Shown: positions 1-11,685 of the stretch, piece after piece
Position numbering within the stretch: position 1 is the stretch's first letter
How the letters are laid out: each line of letters begins with the position of its first letter
Source: Vulcanisaeta distributa DSM 14429
GTDB taxonomy: Archaea > Thermoproteota > Thermoprotei > Thermoproteales > Thermocladiaceae
NCBI RefSeq assembly: GCF_000148385.1
Contig: NC_014537.1
Location: forward strand, 1,380,001-1,412,000
Direction: 5' to 3'
DNA: 32,000 nucleotides
Position numbers and translations under genes: made by a program
The notes under the pieces: model-generated
The model's database searches: none
What the model saw: the letters and a program-made list of their open reading frames with translations, nothing else
Told to the model about the DNA's origin: nothing

Positions 1-1026
1 ACCGTGAGTACTTGTCTCCTACTCACACTTAGTCCGAAGTATGGGAATACGAAGAAGGAAAAGGCAATCCAGGTTACTGCAATCCAAAGTACGGCAAGAG
101 TATAATGAAGCGCCCTACTGACGTTGAAGGGTAGTATTGGTATGAGGTTTATGCCGTATAATGATGTGTCTACGTATAAATGCATTGTATAGGCGCCGAG
201 AAGCCCCTGAATCCCGAGGGCTATTCCAGCAAGTAGGAAGGCGATTAAAGTGAGTCTTTGCGCATCGTTGGGCGATGGCAATTGTATGCTTAACCTCGGC
301 TCATTCCAATAATCCATTAGCTTGAGTACTACGTAGCCCGCCATGGGCATTACAGTGAGCATTATTGTAAATAACGTGATCCAGGAGGCGTAGGTAACAT
401 TGGCCGTAGGCTCAATTAGGCCCGGCATATATGGGAAACCGTTGGTATAACCCTGCATTGCAATCATGAAGCTCCACGTGAAGTAGGCGACTAAATCCTT
501 GACAACGGTCTCATTAGTTATTAGGTCGGGCTTCAACCTAAACTGCTCAGATGCAGGTCCAAGCATCCAGGAGTAGAACTTGACGGCATTGTAGAATCCC
601 TGGGCGAACTCATCACTAACAACGATTACATCGCCCTTAGGCGTTGGGTCCGCCTTAATTGGCATTAAATCCTGCCTTATGATGGCCATGGCACTTGCAT
701 TGTCCTGAGGCACGGCGTCAAAGCCCAGGTAATGCGCGGCGGTATCCTCGTAAATCCTCAGGGTGTATGATGTGAAGTCAATACCGAAGTAACTCCCCAT
801 GCCTAGTATTGATCCGTAATCCATAAGCCCATACTTCTGGAAGTAGTACTTGCCCATGACCACATCATTGTAAGTAAATAATACAGTACCATTCTCAGTA
901 ACCACGGCTGCGGGTATTGGCGGTAAATGCGTGAACGTATACCACGCCATAATGCCGTAAGCCACGTAGACGAGTATCGTAACCATAAGCACGACCCGAG
1001 GCCATACTGAGTTACGCCCGGCCATG
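1..1026 (-). CDS. norZ: Quinol-dependent nitric-oxide reductase (qNOR, NorB/NorZ-type heme-copper oxidase), N-terminal 342 codons; the 3' part lies beyond the window edge
   Basis: Absent from the ORF track because it is open to the window edge. My minus-strand translation from the ATG at 1026..1024 reads MAGRNSVWPRVVLMVTILVYVAYGIMAWYTF...MGKYYFQKYGLMDYGSILGMGSYFGIDFTSYTLRIYED... It shows an N-terminal TM helix, then the FQKYGLMDYG..G.GSY.G.D(F/Y)T block I recall from Geobacillus qNOR, then hydrophobic helices that begin the NorB core. Confidence 0.85.
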
Positions 1027-1183
1027 GTGATCAATATTTACTCACGTTTTAGTTATTAATATCGTAACAACCCAAATAGTTTGACGGTACATAATGATCA
1101 TTAATGTTTAGATTTATATTTAACATTATTCAAATATATACATTTAAATAATAAGTGCTTAATCGAAAGTATGGCTCATTTAA

Positions 1184-1726
1184 TTGATTAGAGTTAATGA
1201 TAAGGCTTTTATTGAGGGATGGCATTACCTTAGATATAAGTTCATGTTGCCTGGGCAACTTGGTAAGCCTCGGAAGGATCTACGGGCATACATTGAGGCC
1301 AGGAGAGCTGAGGCTTCGGCTGAGGTTAGGTTAGCATTAAGGCTGTTGGTTGAGGGTTACACCAGGAACGCCGCCGGTAAGGCGTTTCAGGCATTTAAAT
1401 CATTGCTTGCCGCATTGGCCGGTGAGAGGAGGGAGGAGCTTCGCAATAGTATTAAGAATGTTGATAAGGTAATAGCCTACATGCCCACCTCCATGATTCG
1501 CGATGTGGGTAAGTTACTTGGCCTTGAGAAAGAGTCCCTGCTTGCGTTGGCGCTTCATCAGTATCAATATAATGGTGTTGATCCCGAGGGTATCATGAGC
1601 ATATATACGTCAAGGGACGCCGCAATGAAGGACATATGCAACTTACTGGATAGTGTGGTTAGGGTTCTGGGGGATGAACCATTAAAGCAGGAATTAAGTA
1701 ACGTGTGTGGGTCCTTTCAAGGATAG
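1184..1726 (+). CDS. PaREP1/PaREP8-family protein (archaeal, HEPN-clan-like helical protein)
   Basis: 180-aa ORF. The blocks RNAAGKAFQAFKSLLAALA, IAYMPT and LHQYQYNGVDPEG match my memory of the Pyrobaculum PaREP1 family. The track start is TTG at 1184; an in-frame ATG at 1244 is an alternative. Confidence 0.75.
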   Translation: MIRVNDKAFIEGWHYLRYKFMLPGQLGKPRKDLRAYIEARRAEASAEVRLALRLLVEGYTRNAAGKAFQAFKSLLAALAGERREELRNSIKNVDKVIAYMPTSMIRDVGKLLGLEKESLLALALHQYQYNGVDPEGIMSIYTSRDAAMKDICNLLDSVVRVLGDEPLKQELSNVCGSFQG

Positions 1727-1762
1727 TTTTAATTTTTAATTTTAAATGTTAGGACCTCGCAC

Positions 1763-2056
1763 CTAACTAACCATTGGAACCTCCTCAGGCGCAACTTCGT
1801 CCGGCATGAACCTATTAGTTAGTACGTGGCCCCTCCTCAAATGCTCGAGAGCCTCCTCAAGGTCAAAGATTGGGTGCTTACAATCAATACAGTAAACCCA
1901 GCCAAATGTTGACAATGCCTCCCTCAACCGATTCTCGGCATCCTTCGAGAAGCGACTATGCTTAGCACCCTCCTCCTTAGTGACTATGCGATCCTTAAGG
2001 TAGCCAAACCACATATGAATGGCATGGGGTATGAATTCCTCCTCACCCTCGCTCAT
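1763..2056 (-). CDS. Small hypothetical protein with a C-X2-C-X12-H-X4-H (C2H2-like) zinc-finger motif
   Basis: 97-aa ORF with coding-like composition. The motif is visible directly in YCIDCKHPIFDLEEALEHLRRGH. The gene is convergent with the PaREP1 gene. Confidence 0.6.
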   Translation of the reverse strand: MSEGEEEFIPHAIHMWFGYLKDRIVTKEEGAKHSRFSKDAENRLREALSTFGWVYCIDCKHPIFDLEEALEHLRRGHVLTNRFMPDEVAPEEVPMVS

Positions 2057-2333
2057 TAACTTCCTATAGTTTGAGGGTGTGTTTAAGTTTTTATTAAGAA
2101 GTTTTTCAATATTTTATGAATTTTCTCATAAACTATTCTGAATTATTACCTAATTAATAGAATATTACTCATTAAGTTATGAGTATTTATGTTAATAGTT
2201 CTTAAATTATCTATGTCAATTTAAAATAATTAATAATTAACAACTGTATTCTAACTGGTGACTGAAGGACGCTTTTTATACCGGGTGTTGATGGTTCCTT
2301 GATAAGTATGATATGCGTGGTGGGTGATGCCGT

Positions 2334-5163
<2,830 letters not shown>

Positions 5164-5238
5164 GGAGTCATCTCTACCTTCTCCTTCTAAAAATGGTGTC
5201 CGCAATCTTTATATTTAACCAACTGTGTTATTGACGTA

Positions 5239-6003
5239 ATGTCATTATACTATGATTTAGTACCAACGGGAATCCCAGGGCTTGATGAGGCGCTTGGTGG
5301 CGGATTAATTAGGGGTAGGACGTACCTAATCAGTGGTGAGACAGGCACGGGCAAGACCCTACTATCACTATCATTCCTAATAAACGGTATCTACAAATAC
5401 GGCGAGCCTGGTATCTACGTATCCGTTGATGAGACGTACGACCAATTAATGAACGGTGTTAGGAGGTTTGGTTGGGACCTTGAGGCACTTAGGGAGCAGG
5501 GTTACCTGGAGGTCCTCATACCCGAGATGGATATTATCGAGAAGATTAGGGAGAAGGATCCAATAACAATAGCCAAGTCCCTGGTATACACAATAGCTGA
5601 TTACGCAAAGTCCCTAGATGCTCAGAGACTTGTCATAGACCCAATAGCGCCGTTGGTAACACTTGAGAAAGATGTTCAAGTTCTTAGGGAGTACATTAGG
5701 GCGTTAGTTATGGGTATTGAGAGGGAGGTTGGTGTTACAACGATAATAACCACGGAAATACCAACGGGAGCCAGGGTAATCTCTAGGTATGGAGTTGAGG
5801 AATTCCTGGCAGCTGGAGTATTCGTAATGGGACTAGCCCAAACAACCGAGGGTGACTTCAAGAGGTACTTATTCATTAGGAAAATGAGGTGGCAAGCTGT
5901 CCAACCGACAATACTGGAGGTTGAGATACAGCCAAAGATAGGCGTTGTCGTTAAAGGACCACTTAAGGACGTCCATATACCATTCTATGCATTAATGATG
6001 TAA
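5239..6003 (+). CDS. KaiC/RadA-like single-domain RecA-superfamily ATPase
   Basis: 254 aa. It has the GIPGLDEALGGGL signature, Walker A GETGTGKT, and a Walker B-like RLVIDPI. The TATA-like CTTTATATTTAA lies about 25-30 nt upstream of the ATG. Confidence 0.8.
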   Translation: MSLYYDLVPTGIPGLDEALGGGLIRGRTYLISGETGTGKTLLSLSFLINGIYKYGEPGIYVSVDETYDQLMNGVRRFGWDLEALREQGYLEVLIPEMDIIEKIREKDPITIAKSLVYTIADYAKSLDAQRLVIDPIAPLVTLEKDVQVLREYIRALVMGIEREVGVTTIITTEIPTGARVISRYGVEEFLAAGVFVMGLAQTTEGDFKRYLFIRKMRWQAVQPTILEVEIQPKIGVVVKGPLKDVHIPFYALMM

Positions 6004-6066
6004 TTCAATATTGTTTTCAATTAATAATTTACGGAGTACTTCACGGGAAGATTTTAGTAATGATTA

Positions 6067-6076
6067 TGCAACATGT
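6067..6076. promoter_or_regulatory. Candidate operator site 1 (TGCAACATGT) in the dehydrogenase/dehydratase operon promoter
   Basis: The same 10-mer also occurs at 10205..10214 and 11686..11695. The palindrome centre is 44.5 nt from the ATG at 6118. TATTTAT begins 14 nt after the centre. Confidence 0.5.
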
Positions 6077-6117
6077 ATGTATATACTTATTTATTTAACA
6101 TTTTTAATTTTAAATTA

Positions 6118-7131
6118 ATGAAGGCGCTGGTTTGGACTGCGATTAAGAGAATGGAGGTTAAGGATGTTGAGAAGCCTAAGCCTAGCCTGGGCTGGGTTCT
6201 TCTTAGGGTAAGGTATACCGGCATATGCGGTTCCGATGTATCTGGTTTTCTGGGGCTGAATGAATTGCGTAAACCACCGTTAATAATGGGTCATGAGTTC
6301 ACGGGAGTTGTTGAAGAGGTGGGTCCTAATGTTCCTAAGGATATAATTGGTAGGTTGTTTGCCGTGAATCCAATCGTTGGTTGCGGACATTGCAGGTACT
6401 GTAAAATGGGCCTTAAGAATCTATGTATTGAAAGGAAGATAATCGGCATTGATTACCCAGGTGCGTATGCGGAATACGTATTAGCGCCATACGACAATCT
6501 ATACCCGGTTAGTGATCCTGTTAGAGGTGCGTTGGCTGAGCCATTGGCAACGTCATTAAGGGCCGTTAGGTTATCAAACGCATCCCTTGGAGACTCCGTC
6601 TTAGTTCTTGGGGCTGGGCCCGTCGGCGCCTTTGCAATAAAGCTCTTATCAGCCAGTGGTATTAGGGATCTAACGGTCGTTGAAATTAATAAGAATAGGC
6701 TTGAATGGGCCCGTAGGTTTGGAGCCACAAGACTTATTGAGAAGAGCGGCGATGAGGCGTTAAAGGAGATTAAGGAATTATATCCTGAGGGTGTGGATGT
6801 AGTTATTGATGCTGTCGGTTCTGAAAGTACGAGACGATTAGCGATAAACGCAGTACGAAGAGGCGGTAGAATAATCTTCGTCGGTTTACATGATAATGAG
6901 GTTAAAATACCAGGTAACGTAATTGTCAGGAATGAAATTGAGATAAAGGGCTCCTTCTCATATACAGATGAAGACTTTAGGAGATCAGTAAATCTATTAG
7001 AGCAGGGACTCCTCGATCCACGTGAGGGTTGGGTTGATATTAGACCACTTGAACGCGGTCAAGAATCCTTCGAGGAATTAACAGGAACGTACACAAGGTA
7101 CGTTAAAATAATGCTCACACCAGGTGAGTAA
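6118..7131 (+). CDS. Zn-dependent MDR-family dehydrogenase (sorbitol/threonine/aldose dehydrogenase-like)
   Basis: Catalytic GICGSD and GHEFTG motifs, structural-Zn CGHCRYCKMGLKNLC, and Rossmann GAGPVG are present. The track start at 6073 translates the AT-rich promoter (MYVYTYLFNIFNFKL), so I prefer the ATG at 6118 (MKALVW). Confidence 0.85.
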   Translation: MKALVWTAIKRMEVKDVEKPKPSLGWVLLRVRYTGICGSDVSGFLGLNELRKPPLIMGHEFTGVVEEVGPNVPKDIIGRLFAVNPIVGCGHCRYCKMGLKNLCIERKIIGIDYPGAYAEYVLAPYDNLYPVSDPVRGALAEPLATSLRAVRLSNASLGDSVLVLGAGPVGAFAIKLLSASGIRDLTVVEINKNRLEWARRFGATRLIEKSGDEALKEIKELYPEGVDVVIDAVGSESTRRLAINAVRRGGRIIFVGLHDNEVKIPGNVIVRNEIEIKGSFSYTDEDFRRSVNLLEQGLLDPREGWVDIRPLERGQESFEELTGTYTRYVKIMLTPGE

Positions 7132-8314
7132 TATGAATAATGAGGCTGAAATTATAAAGATCAAGGACGTCAGAGCTTACGTAGTTAAAGGTGGAGGTGC
7201 TGACTATCATGATCAATCACCGAATCACTGGATCCTCGGCTACATAGCAACACCAATATCGATATACCCAGAATATAGGGCAAGTAGAGCATCGTGGGGT
7301 TTAAACGTACTTGGCTCGTTAATTGTTGAAGTTGAGGATTCGAGAGGTGAGGTTGGCTTTGGCGTGAGCACCGGTGGTTATCCAGCTGCTTGGATAGTGG
7401 AGAACCATTTAAAGAGGTTCGTCGTTGGTAAGTATGTAGGTGAAATGGAGAAAACCTGGGATCAGATGTTTAAGGCCACGATATTCTATGGCAGGAGAGG
7501 GCTCGTCATGAATGCGATATCTGCGGTTGACCTTGCCCTATGGGATTTAGCGGGAAAAGTTAGGGGTCTGCCCGTTTACGACCTACTCGGCGGTCCCGTC
7601 AGAGATGAGATAGTGTTCTACGCAACCGGCCCTAGACCCGATATTGCAAAGAAGAAGGGCTTCATAGGTGGTAAGTTACCACTTAAGCATGGACCTGCCG
7701 ATGGTATAGAGGGATTGAAGGAGAACGTGAGGATATTCAAGGAATGGAGGGAGCAACTTGGTGATGATTTCCTGCTTATGTATGATTGTTGGATGAGTTT
7801 AGACTTGCCATATGCTATGAGACTTGTAAGCGAGTTGAAGCCGTACGGTCTTTATTGGATTGAAGAACCGTTTATACCAGATGATTATTGGTCATACGGT
7901 GCCCTCGCTCAGATATTACCACCAACTTTACTAGCCAGCGGTGAACATGAATCAACACTTCACGGCTTTAGAATGCTTCTCGAGGCCGGTAAAGTAAATG
8001 TTATTCAACCAGACATAACCTGGGTCGGCGGCATAACGCCAATGATAAAAATATCAGCCCTCGCAGAGGCATACGGCGCGTATGTGATACCCCACGGTTC
8101 AAGCGTGTACGGCTATCACTTCATAATAACTAGGGTTAATAGCCCATTTGCTGAGTACCTCGTTGTATCTCCAGACGCTACAGAAATAATTCCCCAATTT
8201 AGTCCATTATTACTTAACGAACCAACCCCAGAAAATGGACGAATTAAGCTTAGTAGGAAGCCTGGCTTTGGAGTTGAGCTTAATAGAAAGATTGAGTTGG
8301 TAAGGGTAAAATAA
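7124..8314 (+). CDS. rhmD: Enolase-superfamily sugar-acid dehydratase, L-rhamnonate dehydratase homologue
   Basis: 396 aa, nearly colinear with E. coli YfaW/RhmD as I recall it. Shared blocks are GGADYHDQ..NHWI, GLVMNAISAVDLALWDLAGKVRGLPVYDLLGG, FIGGK.P, SGEHE, PHGSSVYGYHF and KPGFGVELNR. The GTG at 7124 overlaps the upstream stop. An in-frame ATG at 7133 preceded by GGTGAG is an alternative start. Confidence 0.85.
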   Translation: MSNMNNEAEIIKIKDVRAYVVKGGGADYHDQSPNHWILGYIATPISIYPEYRASRASWGLNVLGSLIVEVEDSRGEVGFGVSTGGYPAAWIVENHLKRFVVGKYVGEMEKTWDQMFKATIFYGRRGLVMNAISAVDLALWDLAGKVRGLPVYDLLGGPVRDEIVFYATGPRPDIAKKKGFIGGKLPLKHGPADGIEGLKENVRIFKEWREQLGDDFLLMYDCWMSLDLPYAMRLVSELKPYGLYWIEEPFIPDDYWSYGALAQILPPTLLASGEHESTLHGFRMLLEAGKVNVIQPDITWVGGITPMIKISALAEAYGAYVIPHGSSVYGYHFIITRVNSPFAEYLVVSPDATEIIPQFSPLLLNEPTPENGRIKLSRKPGFGVELNRKIELVRVK

Positions 8315-8346
8315 TCCATTGATTTTATTAGGTGTTTCATTGGTTT

Positions 8347-9135
8347 TTAAATAATCCATTGTTTGTATCTACTTACGTTTTCTGGATCATAGGCAGGTAT
8401 TATATACTTACTAATGCCCCTAAGATATTCGTAGGCATTCAGGCATTCGTAAATGTCCTCAGCGATCCCAATGGGAACGTTCTCAGTTATGTTCCTCATT
8501 GTGAAGGCAGCATCTGTGTAGCTAACGATTCCATCCTTCGTCTCGAGTATTATAGCCATGGAACTCCTATGGTGACACCCAGTCCACTTAACCCTAACTC
8601 CAGGAACCACAACATCTTCATCATTTAGAAGTACAATCCTATCCCAAGCCTCCTCGAACAAGTACTCCCTAACATACCTGGGTAGATAAATGTCCCTGTT
8701 AAGGAAGGGAGATGGCCTTGGATTAACCACATCCTCAAACCAACCTCTCCTCGAGAAGTATATCTTCGCCTTCTTAAACAGGTCTATGTTACCCACGGTG
8801 TAATCCTGCACAGGCGTTATCACGACATGAGCAATATCGTCTGGCCTCAGATTTAACCTCCTAAGAACATTCTCAATCTTTTCATCCTCACTGACTGTAA
8901 AGCGACATCTATCACTGCCAGCCCATTCTCTGAGGAACTTATTCCTAAGGGTTAAATCCCTAACAAGGCCAGTACCAACTAGGACATATCCATCGTCAGT
9001 GTTAATAATCAATGAATAGAAAGAAAGTCTAACCCACCTATCGAACCACTGCATCCAATAAACCTCGGGCCCTGGAACCTCACCATGGTCTCCAACTTTA
9101 GCGAGCCAAAATCGCTTTACGCCCATGTCGGTCAC
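8347..9135 (-). CDS. MBL-fold (AHL-lactonase-like) protein with degenerate metal-binding motifs; possible sugar lactonase
   Basis: 262 aa. Its layout follows metallo-beta-lactamase-fold lactonases: DDGYVLVGTG, DDIAHVVITPVQDYTVGN where THxHxDH is expected, PGVRVKWTGCHHRS where PGHTPGH is expected, and PAYDPE where GHD is expected. Its ATG directly abuts the stop of the upstream dehydrogenase gene. Confidence 0.5.
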   Translation of the reverse strand: MTDMGVKRFWLAKVGDHGEVPGPEVYWMQWFDRWVRLSFYSLIINTDDGYVLVGTGLVRDLTLRNKFLREWAGSDRCRFTVSEDEKIENVLRRLNLRPDDIAHVVITPVQDYTVGNIDLFKKAKIYFSRRGWFEDVVNPRPSPFLNRDIYLPRYVREYLFEEAWDRIVLLNDEDVVVPGVRVKWTGCHHRSSMAIILETKDGIVSYTDAAFTMRNITENVPIGIAEDIYECLNAYEYLRGISKYIIPAYDPENVSRYKQWII

Positions 9136-10167
9136 CTACGGTGTTATTACAAATCTACCTAGTACTTTACCCTCCGCTAGCCTATTTAAAGCGTTGTTAA
9201 TGGCATTCTCTTCGAGAGGCACCTTCTCTATGTAAGACCTTATTCCATGTTCCTTCACGAATTTAACCATCTCCTCCATCTCACTTATGGAGCCATAATT
9301 ACTACCAATAACTATATATTGCCAAACTGTAGTTTCAAACACAGGTATCGGATAGGACTTACCCTCCATACCGACTAGTATAACGGCGCCGCCTGGTTCC
9401 AATAAGGGAATCATTTTTGCGGATTCATCATTGCCCACAAAGTCGAGCATTACGGCTACACCGTCCGGATTCAAATCCCTGATCACTTTATTAACTTCAC
9501 TTGGATGTACTGCGTAGTGAGCTCCTAATTCCATGGCCCATTTAAGTTTATTATCACTTCTAGAAACTGCTATTATTTTTACATAAGGTGCTAAGTGCTT
9601 AAGGTATTGAATAGCGTACGACGCTAATCCACCAACGCCGTAGACAATAACCAGCGAGTCCGGTCTTAAATAAGGCAATGCCTTTTTAACAGCCGAGTAT
9701 GAAGTTAAACCTGCATCAGCTAATGGTGCGGCCTCTACCGGGTCAATATCTATCTTAACTAAGTATCTATAATTAGGTACATATAGATACTCTGCATAGC
9801 CGCCATAATAATACGATTGGCCTGGAATAGCATGACCTCTACATTGCATACATTTATCAACACGGCAATACTTACAATTCAAGTCTGCCCATATCGCGTA
9901 AACAAGGACCTTATCACCAGGATTTAACCCCTTAACTCTTTTACCAACGGCCTCAACAACACCCGCATTTTCATGACCGAGAACAAAAGGCGTTTTAAAT
10001 CCCTCTCTAGGCTCCTCACCTCTCCATAATCTTACGTCTGTCTTACACATACCAGCACCTACTATTCTAACGAGTACCGATTCATCATCACCGGGTTCAG
10101 GAATATCTACGTACCCCAACCTTAATGGTTTGCTGAACTCCTGAAGTATTGCTGCTTTCACCTTCAC
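9136..10167 (-). CDS. Zn-dependent alcohol dehydrogenase (MDR family)
   Basis: 343 aa. It has GHENAGVVEAVG, the structural-Zn cluster CKYCRVDKCMQC, and Rossmann GVGGLA. It starts with GTG, and TTTATAA lies about 30 nt upstream. Confidence 0.85.
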   Translation of the reverse strand: MKVKAAILQEFSKPLRLGYVDIPEPGDDESVLVRIVGAGMCKTDVRLWRGEEPREGFKTPFVLGHENAGVVEAVGKRVKGLNPGDKVLVYAIWADLNCKYCRVDKCMQCRGHAIPGQSYYYGGYAEYLYVPNYRYLVKIDIDPVEAAPLADAGLTSYSAVKKALPYLRPDSLVIVYGVGGLASYAIQYLKHLAPYVKIIAVSRSDNKLKWAMELGAHYAVHPSEVNKVIRDLNPDGVAVMLDFVGNDESAKMIPLLEPGGAVILVGMEGKSYPIPVFETTVWQYIVIGSNYGSISEMEEMVKFVKEHGIRSYIEKVPLEENAINNALNRLAEGKVLGRFVITP

Positions 10168-10204
10168 AATACTTAATGATATAAAGTATCTTATAAATCA
10201 TGAC

Positions 10205-10215
10205 TGCAACATGTT
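10205..10215. promoter_or_regulatory. Candidate operator site 2 (TGCAACATGTT) in the alcohol dehydrogenase/MBL operon promoter
   Basis: The palindrome centre is 44.5 nt from the GTG at 10167. On the gene strand, 7 nt separate the motif from TTTATAA. Confidence 0.5.
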
Positions 10216-10283
10216 AGATTTAAACAGATTAAGAAAATCAATTTTAATTTAAAATAAAGTTTATTTTAAATTTATTAAATTAA

Positions 10284-11645
10284 TTACGGAATCTTGCCTC
10301 CATAAAAGTCCCTTAAAACCTCCTCTAATGATTTACCCTGCGATTTGGGTCCATATAGATAACCTATTATTATGTTTAATATGAAGAATGTTGTGGCCAC
10401 TGCCGCAATGGCTTTATATCCAATTACGGCTATTAAAGTTGGTACTATTAAGCTCCATACACCTAGGGCAAATCTCATCCAGGACCATGCAAAGCCCTGG
10501 GCGCTGTTCCTTATTTCAGTTGGGAATAATTCGGTCGACCAAACCCTTGTCTGTGGCCAAAGCCACATACCATGTCCAAATCCGAACCCTATTACGTTAA
10601 GTAATGCGACCCATAATATACTAAATGGTAAGAATATGGGCACTGCAAATGATATGGCGCATATGGCGGCAGCCACCGCATACATCACGTTCCTATTTAG
10701 CTTATCGGATAATTGCATATAAACTGCTACTACACCTATTATTGCTGTGATGAACCACAGTATGTCGCCTACATAAGCCATCGTGGTTGTTGTGAATCCA
10801 ATATCCTTAAAGAAGTAGGGTAGGAAGAATCCAAAGGTTCCTGCGGGCACGCCCCAGAATATATAAATTGGTATTATGAAAGCTAATCCTTTCTTATACT
10901 TAAAGATATCACTCCATTTATATTTATACTGAGATTGTGCGCCTTGAGATGCGCTTGTCTGCTGAGTTGCCTGTTCACCAAGCTGTTTTAATGCTTCCTG
11001 AACTACGTTCGTCTTTCCAGCCACTAACCCCCACCTAGGTGACTCGATTAAGCCTCTTCTGAGGATCCATGTTATTATTGCAACGGCAGCCAATACACCG
11101 AACACAGCCCTAAAGGTTAATGCTCCATAGGGCTCAAAAGCTATACCAAGTAGAAGCATCACTATGGGTCCTATGTACCAAAAGAGGTTAGTAAATGCCA
11201 TTAAGAATCCTCTTTTATATTTTGGTGCATATTCCGCTATTAATGACCAGGATGTAGGTACATCGAGACCAACAGCAATGCCAACAATTATATATCCTAC
11301 TAAGAGCATAATATAATTAACGGCTGCGGCCATTATTAAAGCGCCTATGAAGTATGCAAGTAAATCATACATATAGATTGTTTTTCTTCCATACCTATCA
11401 CCAAGTGGTCCCGCAATTATCGCCCCAACAAATGCAGCAAATGCGTTGGGACTAAATGCGGCGATGATGCCCAGCAAGAGAGATGTTAAATGGAACGTTG
11501 AAATCCAATATATGGTGGACACAGCGCCAGCGACTATTGAACCAGCATCTAGGAAATCACCCATCGCCGCTAAAACGGTCCACCTATAGTGAGCTAAGGT
11601 TAGTCTTGCCTCATCAAACCTCCTTATTACATCCCACGAGCTCAT
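10284..11645 (-). CDS. MFS transporter (sugar or metabolite:H+ symporter type)
   Basis: 453 aa with about 12 hydrophobic helices. It has the MFS loop 2-3 signature GPLGDRYGRKTIY and a central hydrophilic loop. Confidence 0.85.
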   Translation of the reverse strand: MSSWDVIRRFDEARLTLAHYRWTVLAAMGDFLDAGSIVAGAVSTIYWISTFHLTSLLLGIIAAFSPNAFAAFVGAIIAGPLGDRYGRKTIYMYDLLAYFIGALIMAAAVNYIMLLVGYIIVGIAVGLDVPTSWSLIAEYAPKYKRGFLMAFTNLFWYIGPIVMLLLGIAFEPYGALTFRAVFGVLAAVAIITWILRRGLIESPRWGLVAGKTNVVQEALKQLGEQATQQTSASQGAQSQYKYKWSDIFKYKKGLAFIIPIYIFWGVPAGTFGFFLPYFFKDIGFTTTTMAYVGDILWFITAIIGVVAVYMQLSDKLNRNVMYAVAAAICAISFAVPIFLPFSILWVALLNVIGFGFGHGMWLWPQTRVWSTELFPTEIRNSAQGFAWSWMRFALGVWSLIVPTLIAVIGYKAIAAVATTFFILNIIIGYLYGPKSQGKSLEEVLRDFYGGKIP

Positions 11646-11685
11646 ACGGCATTAATAATATATTTTTATAGATATAAAGTAGCTA

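Noticed and set aside
6073-6117. N-terminal extension of the dehydrogenase (track start 6073, MYVYTYLFNIFNFKL)
   Set aside because: It translates the AT-rich promoter, including TATA-like sequence and part of the palindromic operator. The ATG at 6118 gives a canonical MDR N-terminus (MKALVW...). Similar over-extensions were trimmed for tmk (14089 to 14137), Cren7 (17376 to 17433) and the acyl-CoA dehydrogenase (29211 to 29259).
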